DNA from: a virus
Direction: 5' to 3' (one strand)
Virus record (IMG/VR): IMGVR_UViG_3300033153_008203
Span: 64,001 to 128,000 of that record
Length of the DNA stretch: 64,000 nucleotides
The translations under genes were made by a program, and so were the position numbers. The notes beneath the pieces were generated by a model. That model was not told the DNA's origin. It searched no databases and saw nothing but the letters and a program-made list of their open reading frames with translations. Numbering within the stretch: position 1 is the first letter of the stretch; each line of letters starts with the position of its first letter. Positions 50,194-59,321 of the stretch are shown one piece after another.

Positions 50194-52230
50194 TTAAACT
50201 ATATCACATTGACAGTTGTCATGTGCAATTGGCATATCGTCTAATCTTATGTTCGCCAACTGAATCTTGTTATCATCTTGCCTTTGACAGTCCTCGCAAG
50301 CTCCATTCTCAACTTGTACGCTAACTGTGTCCTGCCCGTTATTTCTGAGCCCTATTGCTTTGCCATACAGAAACGCCCTTCTTTGCTCTGTTCTCAATAT
50401 AAAATCAAACCTGAACGCCAAAGACTTATACATCTTCTGAACGCTCTCTAAAGTATTGTCTTGCGCTTCAAAGCCTCTTACAATTTTCTTAACTGTGTTT
50501 ATTATATTACGGACTCTATAGTTTGCAAACCCCTCTATTTGCTTATAACCAGATGACATTTCTACTTCGTATGGTTTTGTAATTGACTTTATACCTAATC
50601 TCATACTCTTGCCCATGAGACCTTGTAGCCTATCTACCATTCTTGTTTCTATCATACTGAGTAACTGTATTGCCCAGTCGATAGAGAATGTACCGGTAAG
50701 CTCTGATTGCTCTAAATCAGATATCAAGTCTTTAAACTCTTCTCTAAGCACACCATCACTCATAGCTAGTTTTGGAATAAATGAGCTCTTTTTCTTTTCT
50801 GGTCCACTCTTTGTTCCATGCTGATTGGATGGCTGCTGTTTAGCTTTTGCAGCATTACTTGCACCATTTGACTGTCCAAGAGACATATCTGATTCATACT
50901 TGATCATGGGCTTAGCTACTATCTCAAGATACATTCCTTCTCTTTCTGAATCAGCTATAGACTCTCTACCTATTGCATTTCTAAGCTCTGTTTCACTAAT
51001 TGTATGACCTTGATATTGAAGCATGTTATGATTTTCACGTTTTATTTTTGAATCTATATCTATCTCATTAAACGCAAGATACACTTTGTTCTTTTCGTCA
51101 AGAGTGTCGAAATTAAAGTCCCCTTCAAGAAGAAGCTCTCTCAACATCGTTGTATTAAAAAAAGTTACAATAGTCTGCTGAAAGTCTTTTACCTCATCAA
51201 TCATTGCTCCAGACATTGTCTCTGCTGTACTTCTATTGCTTGTGCCTCCTTCTCCAAGATCTACTGAGCTAATACCAAGTCCAGCTATTACTCTTTTCTT
51301 AAAGTGCTCAATATAACCTTCTGCTTTAATAGCTCTTGACTCAGCTCCAATAGCAGTTATCTCATGTCTATAAGATGTAACTATGCTGCCTTCTGATGGC
51401 ATCATCTCAATCTCATCTCTAACGAGATCTACTTCTTTTTCACCGTCATTGTATGTTCTGTCTGGCTGTTCTTTCGTACCAACCTTATGATGAAACAGTG
51501 GAAATAGATGTTGATAAATTAAAAGCTCTATATTTTGCTCAATCCTTCTTAAAGCTCTTATGTCATCTATAACAGGTATAATGGTAGGTTTTCCAGTATT
51601 GAAACCTGGCCTTCTGTCATAATAGAAGTGGACCACATCTTCTGGATTGTATTCCTTAGTTCTACCATCAGGCATACTCTGACGATACTTTTCTATTTTA
51701 CCAGTCTCTTTGTTTATTTTTACCTCTACTGTTTCTGCAGGTAATATGAAATACCCTGCTACTGGCTTTAGAGTTCTTCCGTTTGCATCTCTTCTAACCT
51801 TTCCTCCAGATGCCTTTTCATTTCTTGCCTTTAATAGAAACGCATTTGAAAGCCTAATTAGGTCTGACCCTATGCTTCTCATTAATGTCTGTGTAGGGAC
51901 TCCTGATACATCTTGTATCTGAGCTAAACGCTTCTTTATATATTGAACCGTTTTCTTGTTAGGGCCTACAAAGTCATATCCTTCTTTGAACATTAAGCCA
52001 GTCTTCTTCTTAAATGCCTGACGCACCATGTTCTCTACATCTTCTATTCTACCTATTTCTGATAGATCGTATTCTGCAGGAACAAAAGAATCTCGCCCAA
52101 AACCGAATGTATATCCGAGTACAGGCGAATTGACTGGCTTCATTACTTTAACAGATGGTCTTACTGCGTCGCCTTGTTCTACAAGAACCTTAACAATAAC
52201 CTTATCTTTTTTCTTATTATTACTATGCAT
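50194..52230 (-). CDS. Portal protein with C-terminal Mu gpF/SPP1 gp7-like segment
   Basis: Portal motifs (LSNAFL, LPAETV, YRQ...YNPEDVVHF....GKP.IIPV.DDI.ALRRIE; GTISETELRNAIG). C-terminus ILRTE...ACEDC...MPIAHDNCQC. Confidence 0.85.
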   Translation of the reverse strand: MHSNNKKKDKVIVKVLVEQGDAVRPSVKVMKPVNSPVLGYTFGFGRDSFVPAEYDLSEIGRIEDVENMVRQAFKKKTGLMFKEGYDFVGPNKKTVQYIKKRLAQIQDVSGVPTQTLMRSIGSDLIRLSNAFLLKARNEKASGGKVRRDANGRTLKPVAGYFILPAETVEVKINKETGKIEKYRQSMPDGRTKEYNPEDVVHFYYDRRPGFNTGKPTIIPVIDDIRALRRIEQNIELLIYQHLFPLFHHKVGTKEQPDRTYNDGEKEVDLVRDEIEMMPSEGSIVTSYRHEITAIGAESRAIKAEGYIEHFKKRVIAGLGISSVDLGEGGTSNRSTAETMSGAMIDEVKDFQQTIVTFFNTTMLRELLLEGDFNFDTLDEKNKVYLAFNEIDIDSKIKRENHNMLQYQGHTISETELRNAIGRESIADSEREGMYLEIVAKPMIKYESDMSLGQSNGASNAAKAKQQPSNQHGTKSGPEKKKSSFIPKLAMSDGVLREEFKDLISDLEQSELTGTFSIDWAIQLLSMIETRMVDRLQGLMGKSMRLGIKSITKPYEVEMSSGYKQIEGFANYRVRNIINTVKKIVRGFEAQDNTLESVQKMYKSLAFRFDFILRTEQRRAFLYGKAIGLRNNGQDTVSVQVENGACEDCQRQDDNKIQLANIRLDDMPIAHDNCQCDIV

Positions 52231-53683
52231 TCGTTAGCTCACTAATCCATTTTTGTACTTTCTCAGAACTCGCACCTTCTGCACCATATAAACAGTCCTC
52301 GAATCTAATTGTGACTTGATCACCTATTGACGATATGTCTGTACCAGCTTCTAATGCACTCTTTGCTGCATCTGAAACTTCATCAGACGCCTGTATGCTT
52401 GTTTGTATTTCTACTATGTTTTCTATGATATTTCCTATCGGCCCAATATCGCCATCTGATACAATGACTCCATCGTCTCCTACTGATATCTTTAACTTTG
52501 TAGAAGGAGATATATAAGTATTAACAAAAACACTTAGCTCTTCAGCTGAAAAGTTTTTTCCATCACAAATATTACCAAGAGACTTAAACTGAATTAGCGC
52601 ACTTATCAATCCAAGAACTCTTGTTATTCTAAGCTTAGCAGCAGAAAACTGTGCACTCTCGTAACTCTTATTAAACCAGTCTCCAAAAAAAGCGTTTATT
52701 TGCTGATCAAGCATATCAACCTTTTCTTCAAGAAAGTCTTTGCCTTCTGCAACAACTTCAGATATCCATATGGACGCTTCAGTTGTGACTTCAGAGAGTT
52801 CTCTTACTTCTAGCGTAGTCTGCTTGATATTTAACTTCTGTGCTTGATACCGCATAGAATCTATTACACACTCTATCACACCTAACACTAGCTGAGCATA
52901 CTGATCAAACAGCCCTCTTAAGTCTATTAGTATAGGCTGAAATAATGCGTTAACCAATCCCATCATTATTGATGTTACATCTCCAATTTTAACAGTGTAT
53001 TTTGTTAATAGAAAAGTTAGCAAAGACAATATTCTAACAAGATCTGGCACACACATAAAGTTAAGCGAATTCACTAATGAGCATATGTCGTCTAACACAT
53101 CTTTGTTCGCAGTAAAGCTTAGCATGTTTTTCAGGTAATTTATTCTATTGACTATATCAGACTCTATCTGATCTTTAAAGTTGCCAGATATATTTACTTC
53201 AAATCCTGCCGTAACTCTACCATCACATGGAATACAGTCTGCGAGCAAAGTCTTTAACGCATCACCAAGATTGTTCTGTCCTGCCATAGTAAGAATTGTG
53301 TTTTTGATTTCTGCACCAAGAACGCTCCCATGAATGTCGCTTTTTGCTGTAGAAAATGAAGCGATATGATCTAGCCTATCTCCTATGGTCTTTCCAGCTC
53401 TACCAACTTCTGAGTCTATTGATGTTGTTACAGCATCTGCAGCATCGCTTATCTGTTCTCCAACTTGTGAAATTGCATCTTCTACACTGGTCTCAGACGC
53501 TTGCAATGCAGCATAACCTTTAACTGTATCTTCGAATCTTACTGCCTGAGTAAGCTGATCCCTTATGTTTCTAGCCATAGGGATATAGACGCTCTTCTCT
53601 TCTGTAGAAGATATTGCCCCTTTCTCATAAGCATCAGATATAGTCTGCAGAAGCTGCAATTTTTGTGCTTGCGCTAATCTCAT
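52223..53683 (-). CDS. Hypothetical helical protein with Cys motifs and hydrophobic helices
   Basis: 486 aa; DCIPC, DICSLV..FMCVPD; amphipathic or hydrophobic helices. Between TerL and portal. Confidence 0.5.
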   Translation of the reverse strand: MRLAQAQKLQLLQTISDAYEKGAISSTEEKSVYIPMARNIRDQLTQAVRFEDTVKGYAALQASETSVEDAISQVGEQISDAADAVTTSIDSEVGRAGKTIGDRLDHIASFSTAKSDIHGSVLGAEIKNTILTMAGQNNLGDALKTLLADCIPCDGRVTAGFEVNISGNFKDQIESDIVNRINYLKNMLSFTANKDVLDDICSLVNSLNFMCVPDLVRILSLLTFLLTKYTVKIGDVTSIMMGLVNALFQPILIDLRGLFDQYAQLVLGVIECVIDSMRYQAQKLNIKQTTLEVRELSEVTTEASIWISEVVAEGKDFLEEKVDMLDQQINAFFGDWFNKSYESAQFSAAKLRITRVLGLISALIQFKSLGNICDGKNFSAEELSVFVNTYISPSTKLKISVGDDGVIVSDGDIGPIGNIIENIVEIQTSIQASDEVSDAAKSALEAGTDISSIGDQVTIRFEDCLYGAEGASSEKVQKWISELTNA

Positions 53684-53994
53684 TATTTTATTTTTGCTTT
53701 AGCGGTAGTTTTTGCAACTTTAAATTCTGCGTTAAAGGCAACATCAGATGCAGCAGTCTCAGCAAGCTTTGTGATCGAGTCTGGTGACTGAATCTCTGAC
53801 TCTGTTCCAGCACTAATTACCTTTCCGGATCCAGTACCAACAAATGTTAACGCACCGTGACATATTGTGCAGTCTCCTCTGTGTCTAAAATCTTCTAGTA
53901 TTCTGCTATACAGCTTAGTGTAAAGCTCGTCAACTAGCATATCCATAAACTGTCCATCATCAATATCTTTGTCAAGGTATTCCAGTAATGCCAT
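53683..53994 (-). CDS. Hypothetical protein
   Basis: 103-aa ORF coupled by a TAATG overlap. Confidence 0.5.
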   Translation of the reverse strand: MALLEYLDKDIDDGQFMDMLVDELYTKLYSRILEDFRHRGDCTICHGALTFVGTGSGKVISAGTESEIQSPDSITKLAETAASDVAFNAEFKVAKTTAKAKIK

Positions 53995-54001
53995 TATTCA
54001 C

Positions 54002-54382
54002 CTATTGAGTAAAAATTTCATCGCCAATTTCACTGTTGGCTTTAATTTGCTCTTCTATGACTTCTTTATACATATCGTATGTGATTTCGCTTGTAGTTAC
54101 ACCAAATACCTTTCTTATTGCTGATGCAAGATCTGGCCTTTCTACTGGATCAAACTTGTATGCATATCCGCTGCATTTATTATCTATTACAGTAGTCATC
54201 TTTTTAGTGACATCTATTATAGATTTATACTTATCAAGATACAGACTTACGTTGCCAGCTACTTCCTTCTCTTCTTTTTCTTTTAGCTTCGGATCAACCT
54301 GAATCACATCTGGAGAATCATAAACTATATCACTATGCTCAGAAAGAACCTTTCTGTCTTTTTTAGATATATCTTCTGGCAT
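54002..54382 (-). CDS. Hypothetical protein
   Basis: 126-aa ORF in the operon. Confidence 0.5.
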   Translation of the reverse strand: MPEDISKKDRKVLSEHSDIVYDSPDVIQVDPKLKEKEEKEVAGNVSLYLDKYKSIIDVTKKMTTVIDNKCSGYAYKFDPVERPDLASAIRKVFGVTTSEITYDMYKEVIEEQIKANSEIGDEIFTQ

Positions 54383-54383
54383 C

Positions 54384-54827
54384 TTATATAGTGTTCTCTG
54401 TATAACTAAGTCTTAATGATACGTCAAGCTTTAGCCCTACATGTATTCCTCTTGGTGATGTTATTCTATACCAAAATGGTTCGCTTCCTATGCCACTTAA
54501 TTCATTTGGATCATCTGGAATTGAAACAGATGCTCCCGCCGTTATTGTAGCCCATTCAGCATCTGATGGCTGAAGATTTCCAAGACTAATCTTAATACTC
54601 CATCCAGACTGAATCCCCTCTATATCATTAGGATACTCTGTGTCAGCAAAATCAATTACAACATCAGTGTATTCTTTTGCAGCATCATCGTTTCTTACAT
54701 ATAAAAGAACATCTCTAGATTGCTCTACACGTCCATCATGAACTGTTGTAATTGGATTTGTCTGGTCGCCGTTAGATGAGTAAGCAGTCCATTCTCCACC
54801 ATCTAAATCTACTACTTGAATTCCCAT
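54384..54827 (-). CDS. Hypothetical beta-rich virion protein
   Basis: 147 aa, acidic and beta-rich (LYVRNDD...PFWYRI); coupled to TerL by TAATG. Confidence 0.45.
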   Translation of the reverse strand: MGIQVVDLDGGEWTAYSSNGDQTNPITTVHDGRVEQSRDVLLYVRNDDAAKEYTDVVIDFADTEYPNDIEGIQSGWSIKISLGNLQPSDAEWATITAGASVSIPDDPNELSGIGSEPFWYRITSPRGIHVGLKLDVSLRLSYTENTI

Positions 54828-57800
54828 TAGATATTGCTCCTGCTAGGTCTTGAGTTTCTAGTTTTACTGATTCCTTTTCTAATCACTTTACTATTTACAT
54901 TATTGTACCCTTTAATCATTCCTGGCAAACCCCTGCTAAGAATCATATCGCTCTCTATGGAAAATCTTTCTTGAGGTCTTGCTGCATCTCTTTTATTATC
55001 AGCTTGCTTTCTTCTGTAACTGTTCTCTATTACAAGCTCAATTGTTCCTGGCATAGGCGCTTTCTTAGAAGCTGGCATATCACCAAAAGAACCACCAAAT
55101 GAAACTGCACTAATAACAAGTGATTGACCAAACTCTGTGTATTCCATTGTAAATGCAAGTAGCGCTAGTACCATAGCATCTAGCTCATGGTCTCCAACTC
55201 TCTTATTTCCCTGAGCATATACTGGCGCACCAGACTGAGTCCTTCTTTCAACTACGTAACCAAGCAACTCTTGCTCAAGTTCATCGTCATGTTTTGACAA
55301 CTCTATTAGGTCGTGCTCAAAATACCTTACTGAGTTCTCTATCATGTATGGCTTAGCAGGCTTATTTTCCGTTATACCAGTCCTTATGTTTCTGGTTTCA
55401 AGAGTACCGCCAGCACTAATACCTTTTACATATCTAAGCATAGAATCAGGATGAGCTGCACCTACCTCACTAAGACTCTTTTCTCCAAACTGTTGAAGCA
55501 ACTCTATTTGAGTCGTACCGAATCCAGCATCACAATAAATATGTGCACATTGCCAGTATTTATTTACTTCTCTTATTTTGTCTATTGCTATTAACTGAGT
55601 CCATCCAACTCTATCTACACAGTGTTTTGCTACAATTCTATATTTATTCTTAGCTGTGTCGTGCCCTATAATACAAATCTGCGTACCTATGGCTGTGTCG
55701 TTCCAGTCCACACCCATTGTATAGATCCATCCATCCATTCTTTTCTGTTCTTCATACTTGTATTCCGTTAAAGCCTTATCAACATACTGGTTCTGATAAA
55801 CGCCTTCTACTTCTTCTCCAAACTCAGCAAGGATCTCGTGCTGATATCCGGCCTCTGTTCCAGCATCAAGCCTGGCATCCCTATCCATCTGATCATTCCA
55901 GAAAGGAAGAACTGTTGAAGGATAATGAAACTCTCTAAATCTTGAGTCATGGCACTGGTCATAGAAACGCTCTCTACGACCTGTTGGAGTACTACTAGTC
56001 CATAACGTAACATTTGGGTTAGTATAAAGAATCGCTCCAATAGCATTAAGGTCATCAGGATCAAGGTAATCGGCCTCGTCAAGATATAGTGCATCAGCAG
56101 AGTTATGAACAATAACATTATTTGCTATAAAATTATGTGTATCGCTAACCTCTATGTCATATGCTAACTCTTTCCCGATATAGAATATGGATTTAATTGT
56201 ATCCAGAACGACATTATTGCTTTCAGACTTGTGATATTGGCTCTTAGTTTTATGTTTAACTAAATCAAAAACTTCAGCGCAAATCTCTTCTTTTCCATAA
56301 ATATATCCTATATCAGACAAAAACCTTCTAACATAAAAGCCAGATCTAACTTTAACGATATATTGTTTAGCAGTATTATAGTGCTCCCATTTCTTATCTC
56401 TTTCTTGTATTTTTGATACAACTCCGAGTTCAGCTAGTAATTCTTGTAGCTCATGAGCCAACCGCTTAGATACTGTGCAATATCCGATCTCTACTTGTGG
56501 TCCTCTCTTTTGATTAGAGTAACAGCACCAGCCATCTGTTGCAAACAGTTTTCTTATGAATAGTTTTTTATTCTCTTTTGTGCTTGTTTTGATTATAGAT
56601 GGGACGTGCTTATCGTATGAGAGTTTGTTTGCAACTTCATACTTTTCTAGAATGTCTAGAATGTGTTTATGTTTTATTTTAAGACCACTTACCCTGATAT
56701 TTTTAGTGTTTTTCGTTTCTTTCTTATTTTGAATACCAAAATAAACGTCCTTTTTATCAAGAATGTTGGTAAAATCATTAAGAATTTTTACATTTTCATT
56801 TATAAAATCAATAGCACCACGATCAATTACCTTCTTACCACAGCTTCCATCACCTATCATATATGCTGCAAACGATATCTCATCTTCATCTAACGCATTA
56901 GCTTTCTCAAGATCATAGTCAACAACATAAGACAGATTATCTCCTACTCTCCAGTCTTTAAGGCTTTTCCATTCAAATTTATTCCCAGCCCTAACCACAT
57001 TAGAATCATGTCTAGTACCAACTCTTCCATATAGTTCATGATCTTTGCTGCAACTTATTGATCTTCCTGACTCAAGTTTAACTTCAAACAGATCTTTTAC
57101 ATTTGACTCAAAAACATGACTAACTGTTCCAACCACTTTATTATTATACTCATCAACTGAAACAACTCTGTCTCCAACCATAATGTCTTTAATGTTCTTT
57201 GCTTTACCTGAAGCCATTAGTACTGCAGAATCGCACCTTAAGCACTGGCCTCTTACACCGTCTCCCTTAGATCCGCTTCTAGAACCAGAAGTAAACAGTT
57301 TTATAATAGATCCATTATGTAGCTCTATTTCTGCATAAGGAGTCTTAACATTTCTTTTGAGGGAATTTTTTAAATCATTAGAATCAAATATAAGCTCTAT
57401 CAATCTGTCATAAATGACCTGAGCATGAGACTTCTGTGGGCATACAACAAGAATATCATGACCATTTCTAGTAGACGCATTGTACAATATGTTTATGCAA
57501 AGGGAATCTGTTTTTCCTGATCTACGACCAATTCGTGAAATTTTTCTTTTTGCATCACACCTAAGCATTGTAGCTTGATATTCTATGTCATCTCTAGATG
57601 TACGTGGGTGCCAATCAAGAACAGCAGCTGCCCATCCAATAGGATCAAGCAAAGAGTTTGCTGCTTTTGCTTGTGCATCAGTTAAGGTTTTGCCTGATTG
57701 CTTTGCAAGCTTATATGCTGCCGGAAATATACCGGTACAATCTGCATCGAAAGTTCCATCCTTCGATTTAGCCATTACCTTTTCTCTACAACGAAGACAC

Positions 57801-57835
57801 TCTTCGCTTATGTTAGGATCATTAAAATCTGGCAT
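54827..57835 (-). CDS. terL: Terminase large subunit, intein-containing (about 621 aa after splicing)
   Basis: Walker A GRRSGKT, VRGQ|S..ALYLDEAD Walker B across the intein, coupling motif SSTPTG, nuclease MGVDW and DHELDA. Confidence 0.93.
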   Translation of the reverse strand: MPDFNDPNISEECLRCREKVMAKSKDGTFDADCTGIFPAAYKLAKQSGKTLTDAQAKAANSLLDPIGWAAAVLDWHPRTSRDDIEYQATMLRCDAKRKISRIGRRSGKTDSLCINILYNASTRNGHDILVVCPQKSHAQVIYDRLIELIFDSNDLKNSLKRNVKTPYAEIELHNGSIIKLFTSGSRSGSKGDGVRGQCLRCDSAVLMASGKAKNIKDIMVGDRVVSVDEYNNKVVGTVSHVFESNVKDLFEVKLESGRSISCSKDHELYGRVGTRHDSNVVRAGNKFEWKSLKDWRVGDNLSYVVDYDLEKANALDEDEISFAAYMIGDGSCGKKVIDRGAIDFINENVKILNDFTNILDKKDVYFGIQNKKETKNTKNIRVSGLKIKHKHILDILEKYEVANKLSYDKHVPSIIKTSTKENKKLFIRKLFATDGWCCYSNQKRGPQVEIGYCTVSKRLAHELQELLAELGVVSKIQERDKKWEHYNTAKQYIVKVRSGFYVRRFLSDIGYIYGKEEICAEVFDLVKHKTKSQYHKSESNNVVLDTIKSIFYIGKELAYDIEVSDTHNFIANNVIVHNSADALYLDEADYLDPDDLNAIGAILYTNPNVTLWTSSTPTGRRERFYDQCHDSRFREFHYPSTVLPFWNDQMDRDARLDAGTEAGYQHEILAEFGEEVEGVYQNQYVDKALTEYKYEEQKRMDGWIYTMGVDWNDTAIGTQICIIGHDTAKNKYRIVAKHCVDRVGWTQLIAIDKIREVNKYWQCAHIYCDAGFGTTQIELLQQFGEKSLSEVGAAHPDSMLRYVKGISAGGTLETRNIRTGITENKPAKPYMIENSVRYFEHDLIELSKHDDELEQELLGYVVERRTQSGAPVYAQGNKRVGDHELDAMVLALLAFTMEYTEFGQSLVISAVSFGGSFGDMPASKKAPMPGTIELVIENSYRRKQADNKRDAARPQERFSIESDMILSRGLPGMIKGYNNVNSKVIRKGISKTRNSRPSRSNI
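56102..57244 (-). mobile_element. Intein with LAGLIDADG homing endonuclease (381 aa) in TerL
   Basis: GQ|CLRCDS start, CSKDH block B, AYMIGDG and LFATDG LAGLIDADG motifs, YDIEVSDTHNFIANNVIVHN|S end. Inserted just before Walker B. Confidence 0.95.
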
Positions 57836-57877
57836 ATTATTTAAAGAATTCCCGCCGAAATAAAAAGTTTTATCATA

Positions 57878-58270
57878 TTATCTATATCCGTAGTTAGAAC
57901 GCATAGATGTGCTTCTATTGTTTGATTTTCCAAAGAGAGCTCTTGTTACTCTTGACATTGCATAACCAGCAGCTGCTCCTGCAATACCTCCGCCCATTCT
58001 TCCTCTAGGTAGTGCTATGCCTCCTGCTCTTAATGGGGTTGCTCTTCTAGCTGCTGCTAGACCAGTTCTTGCTCCTCTTGCTGCTCCTGCTCCAAAACCT
58101 CCAGCACGAGAAATACTTCTTAATGCACTTCCTCCATACCTTGCACCTAAATATGCTCCTCCTGCAGTCGTTGCAAATGATGTAGTACCTGGCGCATATC
58201 TACTTGCAGCCCCATAGCCACCTATACCTGCTGCTGCTACTCCTGCAGTCACTAAATTTGGATTTGGCAT
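57878..58270 (-). CDS. Small Gly/Ala/Arg-rich protein (possible internal or ejection protein)
   Basis: 130 aa, glycine-zipper-like segments (AGVAAAGIGG, GGGIAGAAAG), very basic, GGAG SD. Confidence 0.5.
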   Translation of the reverse strand: MPNPNLVTAGVAAAGIGGYGAASRYAPGTTSFATTAGGAYLGARYGGSALRSISRAGGFGAGAARGARTGLAAARRATPLRAGGIALPRGRMGGGIAGAAAGYAMSRVTRALFGKSNNRSTSMRSNYGYR

Positions 58271-58281
58271 TTTGTTCTCCT

Positions 58282-58929
58282 CTACCTTATGTGTGAGTAA
58301 TAAGCCTCGTTTCCTAATGCATTCCTAGCATTAAGATGGCTTCGTTGAACTTCTCTAAGAGACCTTTGTCTCATTGTATAAGCAGTCCCAAACGGATCAT
58401 GGAAACCACCACCAGTTTCATACTGCTTTAATCTACGTCCATATTCCATAGCTTTCCTAGGCGCTGTTGTAACAAAGTCATACATTGCTCCTGTAACCGC
58501 TGCTGCTGCAAGAAATCCTGCACCTCCGCCTATTACAGTTCCAGCTCCTAATGCATATCTTGCGGCTATGATCCCAGATTTGGATCCTTTTTTAATAGCA
58601 GCTTTCTGAAAAGTTCCAACTCCAAGCCCAGTCATTGCTGCTTTTCCTAGTCCACCACCTACACGTGCTCCTGCTGCATATGCTGCTGCACCTATGGAAT
58701 ACTCAAAAGCTAGCTGACCAGGACTCATACCAGAATACAAACCAAGCCCAATACCAGCAAGACCCATCTTTGTGCCAAGCCCAAATTTAACTGATGCTGA
58801 TGCTGATTTGTACCATTGTACAGGATTTAACCCTTTACCTATATTTTGACCAGGAGTAGAAATCCACCATTCTTTAAATGGCCCAATACTTTGTGCTCCT
58901 GATCTACTAGCTGTTTGCTGTACGGCCAT
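58282..58929 (-). CDS. Gly/Ala-rich membrane-like protein (possible ejection protein)
   Basis: 215 aa; several hydrophobic GxxxG stretches; basic C-terminus AYTMRQR...NARNALGNEA. Confidence 0.5.
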   Translation of the reverse strand: MAVQQTASRSGAQSIGPFKEWWISTPGQNIGKGLNPVQWYKSASASVKFGLGTKMGLAGIGLGLYSGMSPGQLAFEYSIGAAAYAAGARVGGGLGKAAMTGLGVGTFQKAAIKKGSKSGIIAARYALGAGTVIGGGAGFLAAAAVTGAMYDFVTTAPRKAMEYGRRLKQYETGGGFHDPFGTAYTMRQRSLREVQRSHLNARNALGNEAYYSHIR

Positions 58930-59321
58930 TAACCTCTCCTAAGATTATTAAGAGACAATGTTAAATCTCCATTATCAGCAAACTGACCCGGTGTCATTCC
59001 TTTCCTATATTGTTCTCTAATGGCTGGATTAAATAGCATTGGCTCACTTGGCATAGTGCCTTCTGTACTTACTGATCTAGGATTTCTCATTGAATACGGT
59101 TCAAATATAGATTGATTAATAGCACTATATGCAGGCTTAACTACTCCATAGTATCCTGCTGCTCCTACCAATCCAGCTGTCGCTATGTTTTGAGCATTAT
59201 GTACTGCTCGTGGTGCTGCTGCTGCTATAGATGCAGGCGCTCCTTTTACAGATGCAGCTGCTCCTTTTAACGTCGCTTTAGCTCTTGCTATTTTTCTTAA
59301 TTGTGCAAACCCAAGTGCCAT
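58929..59321 (-). CDS. Ala-rich protein with a hydrophobic segment
   Basis: 130 aa; IATAGLVGAAGYYGVV hydrophobic segment; TAATG-coupled on both sides. Confidence 0.5.
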   Translation of the reverse strand: MALGFAQLRKIARAKATLKGAAASVKGAPASIAAAAPRAVHNAQNIATAGLVGAAGYYGVVKPAYSAINQSIFEPYSMRNPRSVSTEGTMPSEPMLFNPAIREQYRKGMTPGQFADNGDLTLSLNNLRRG

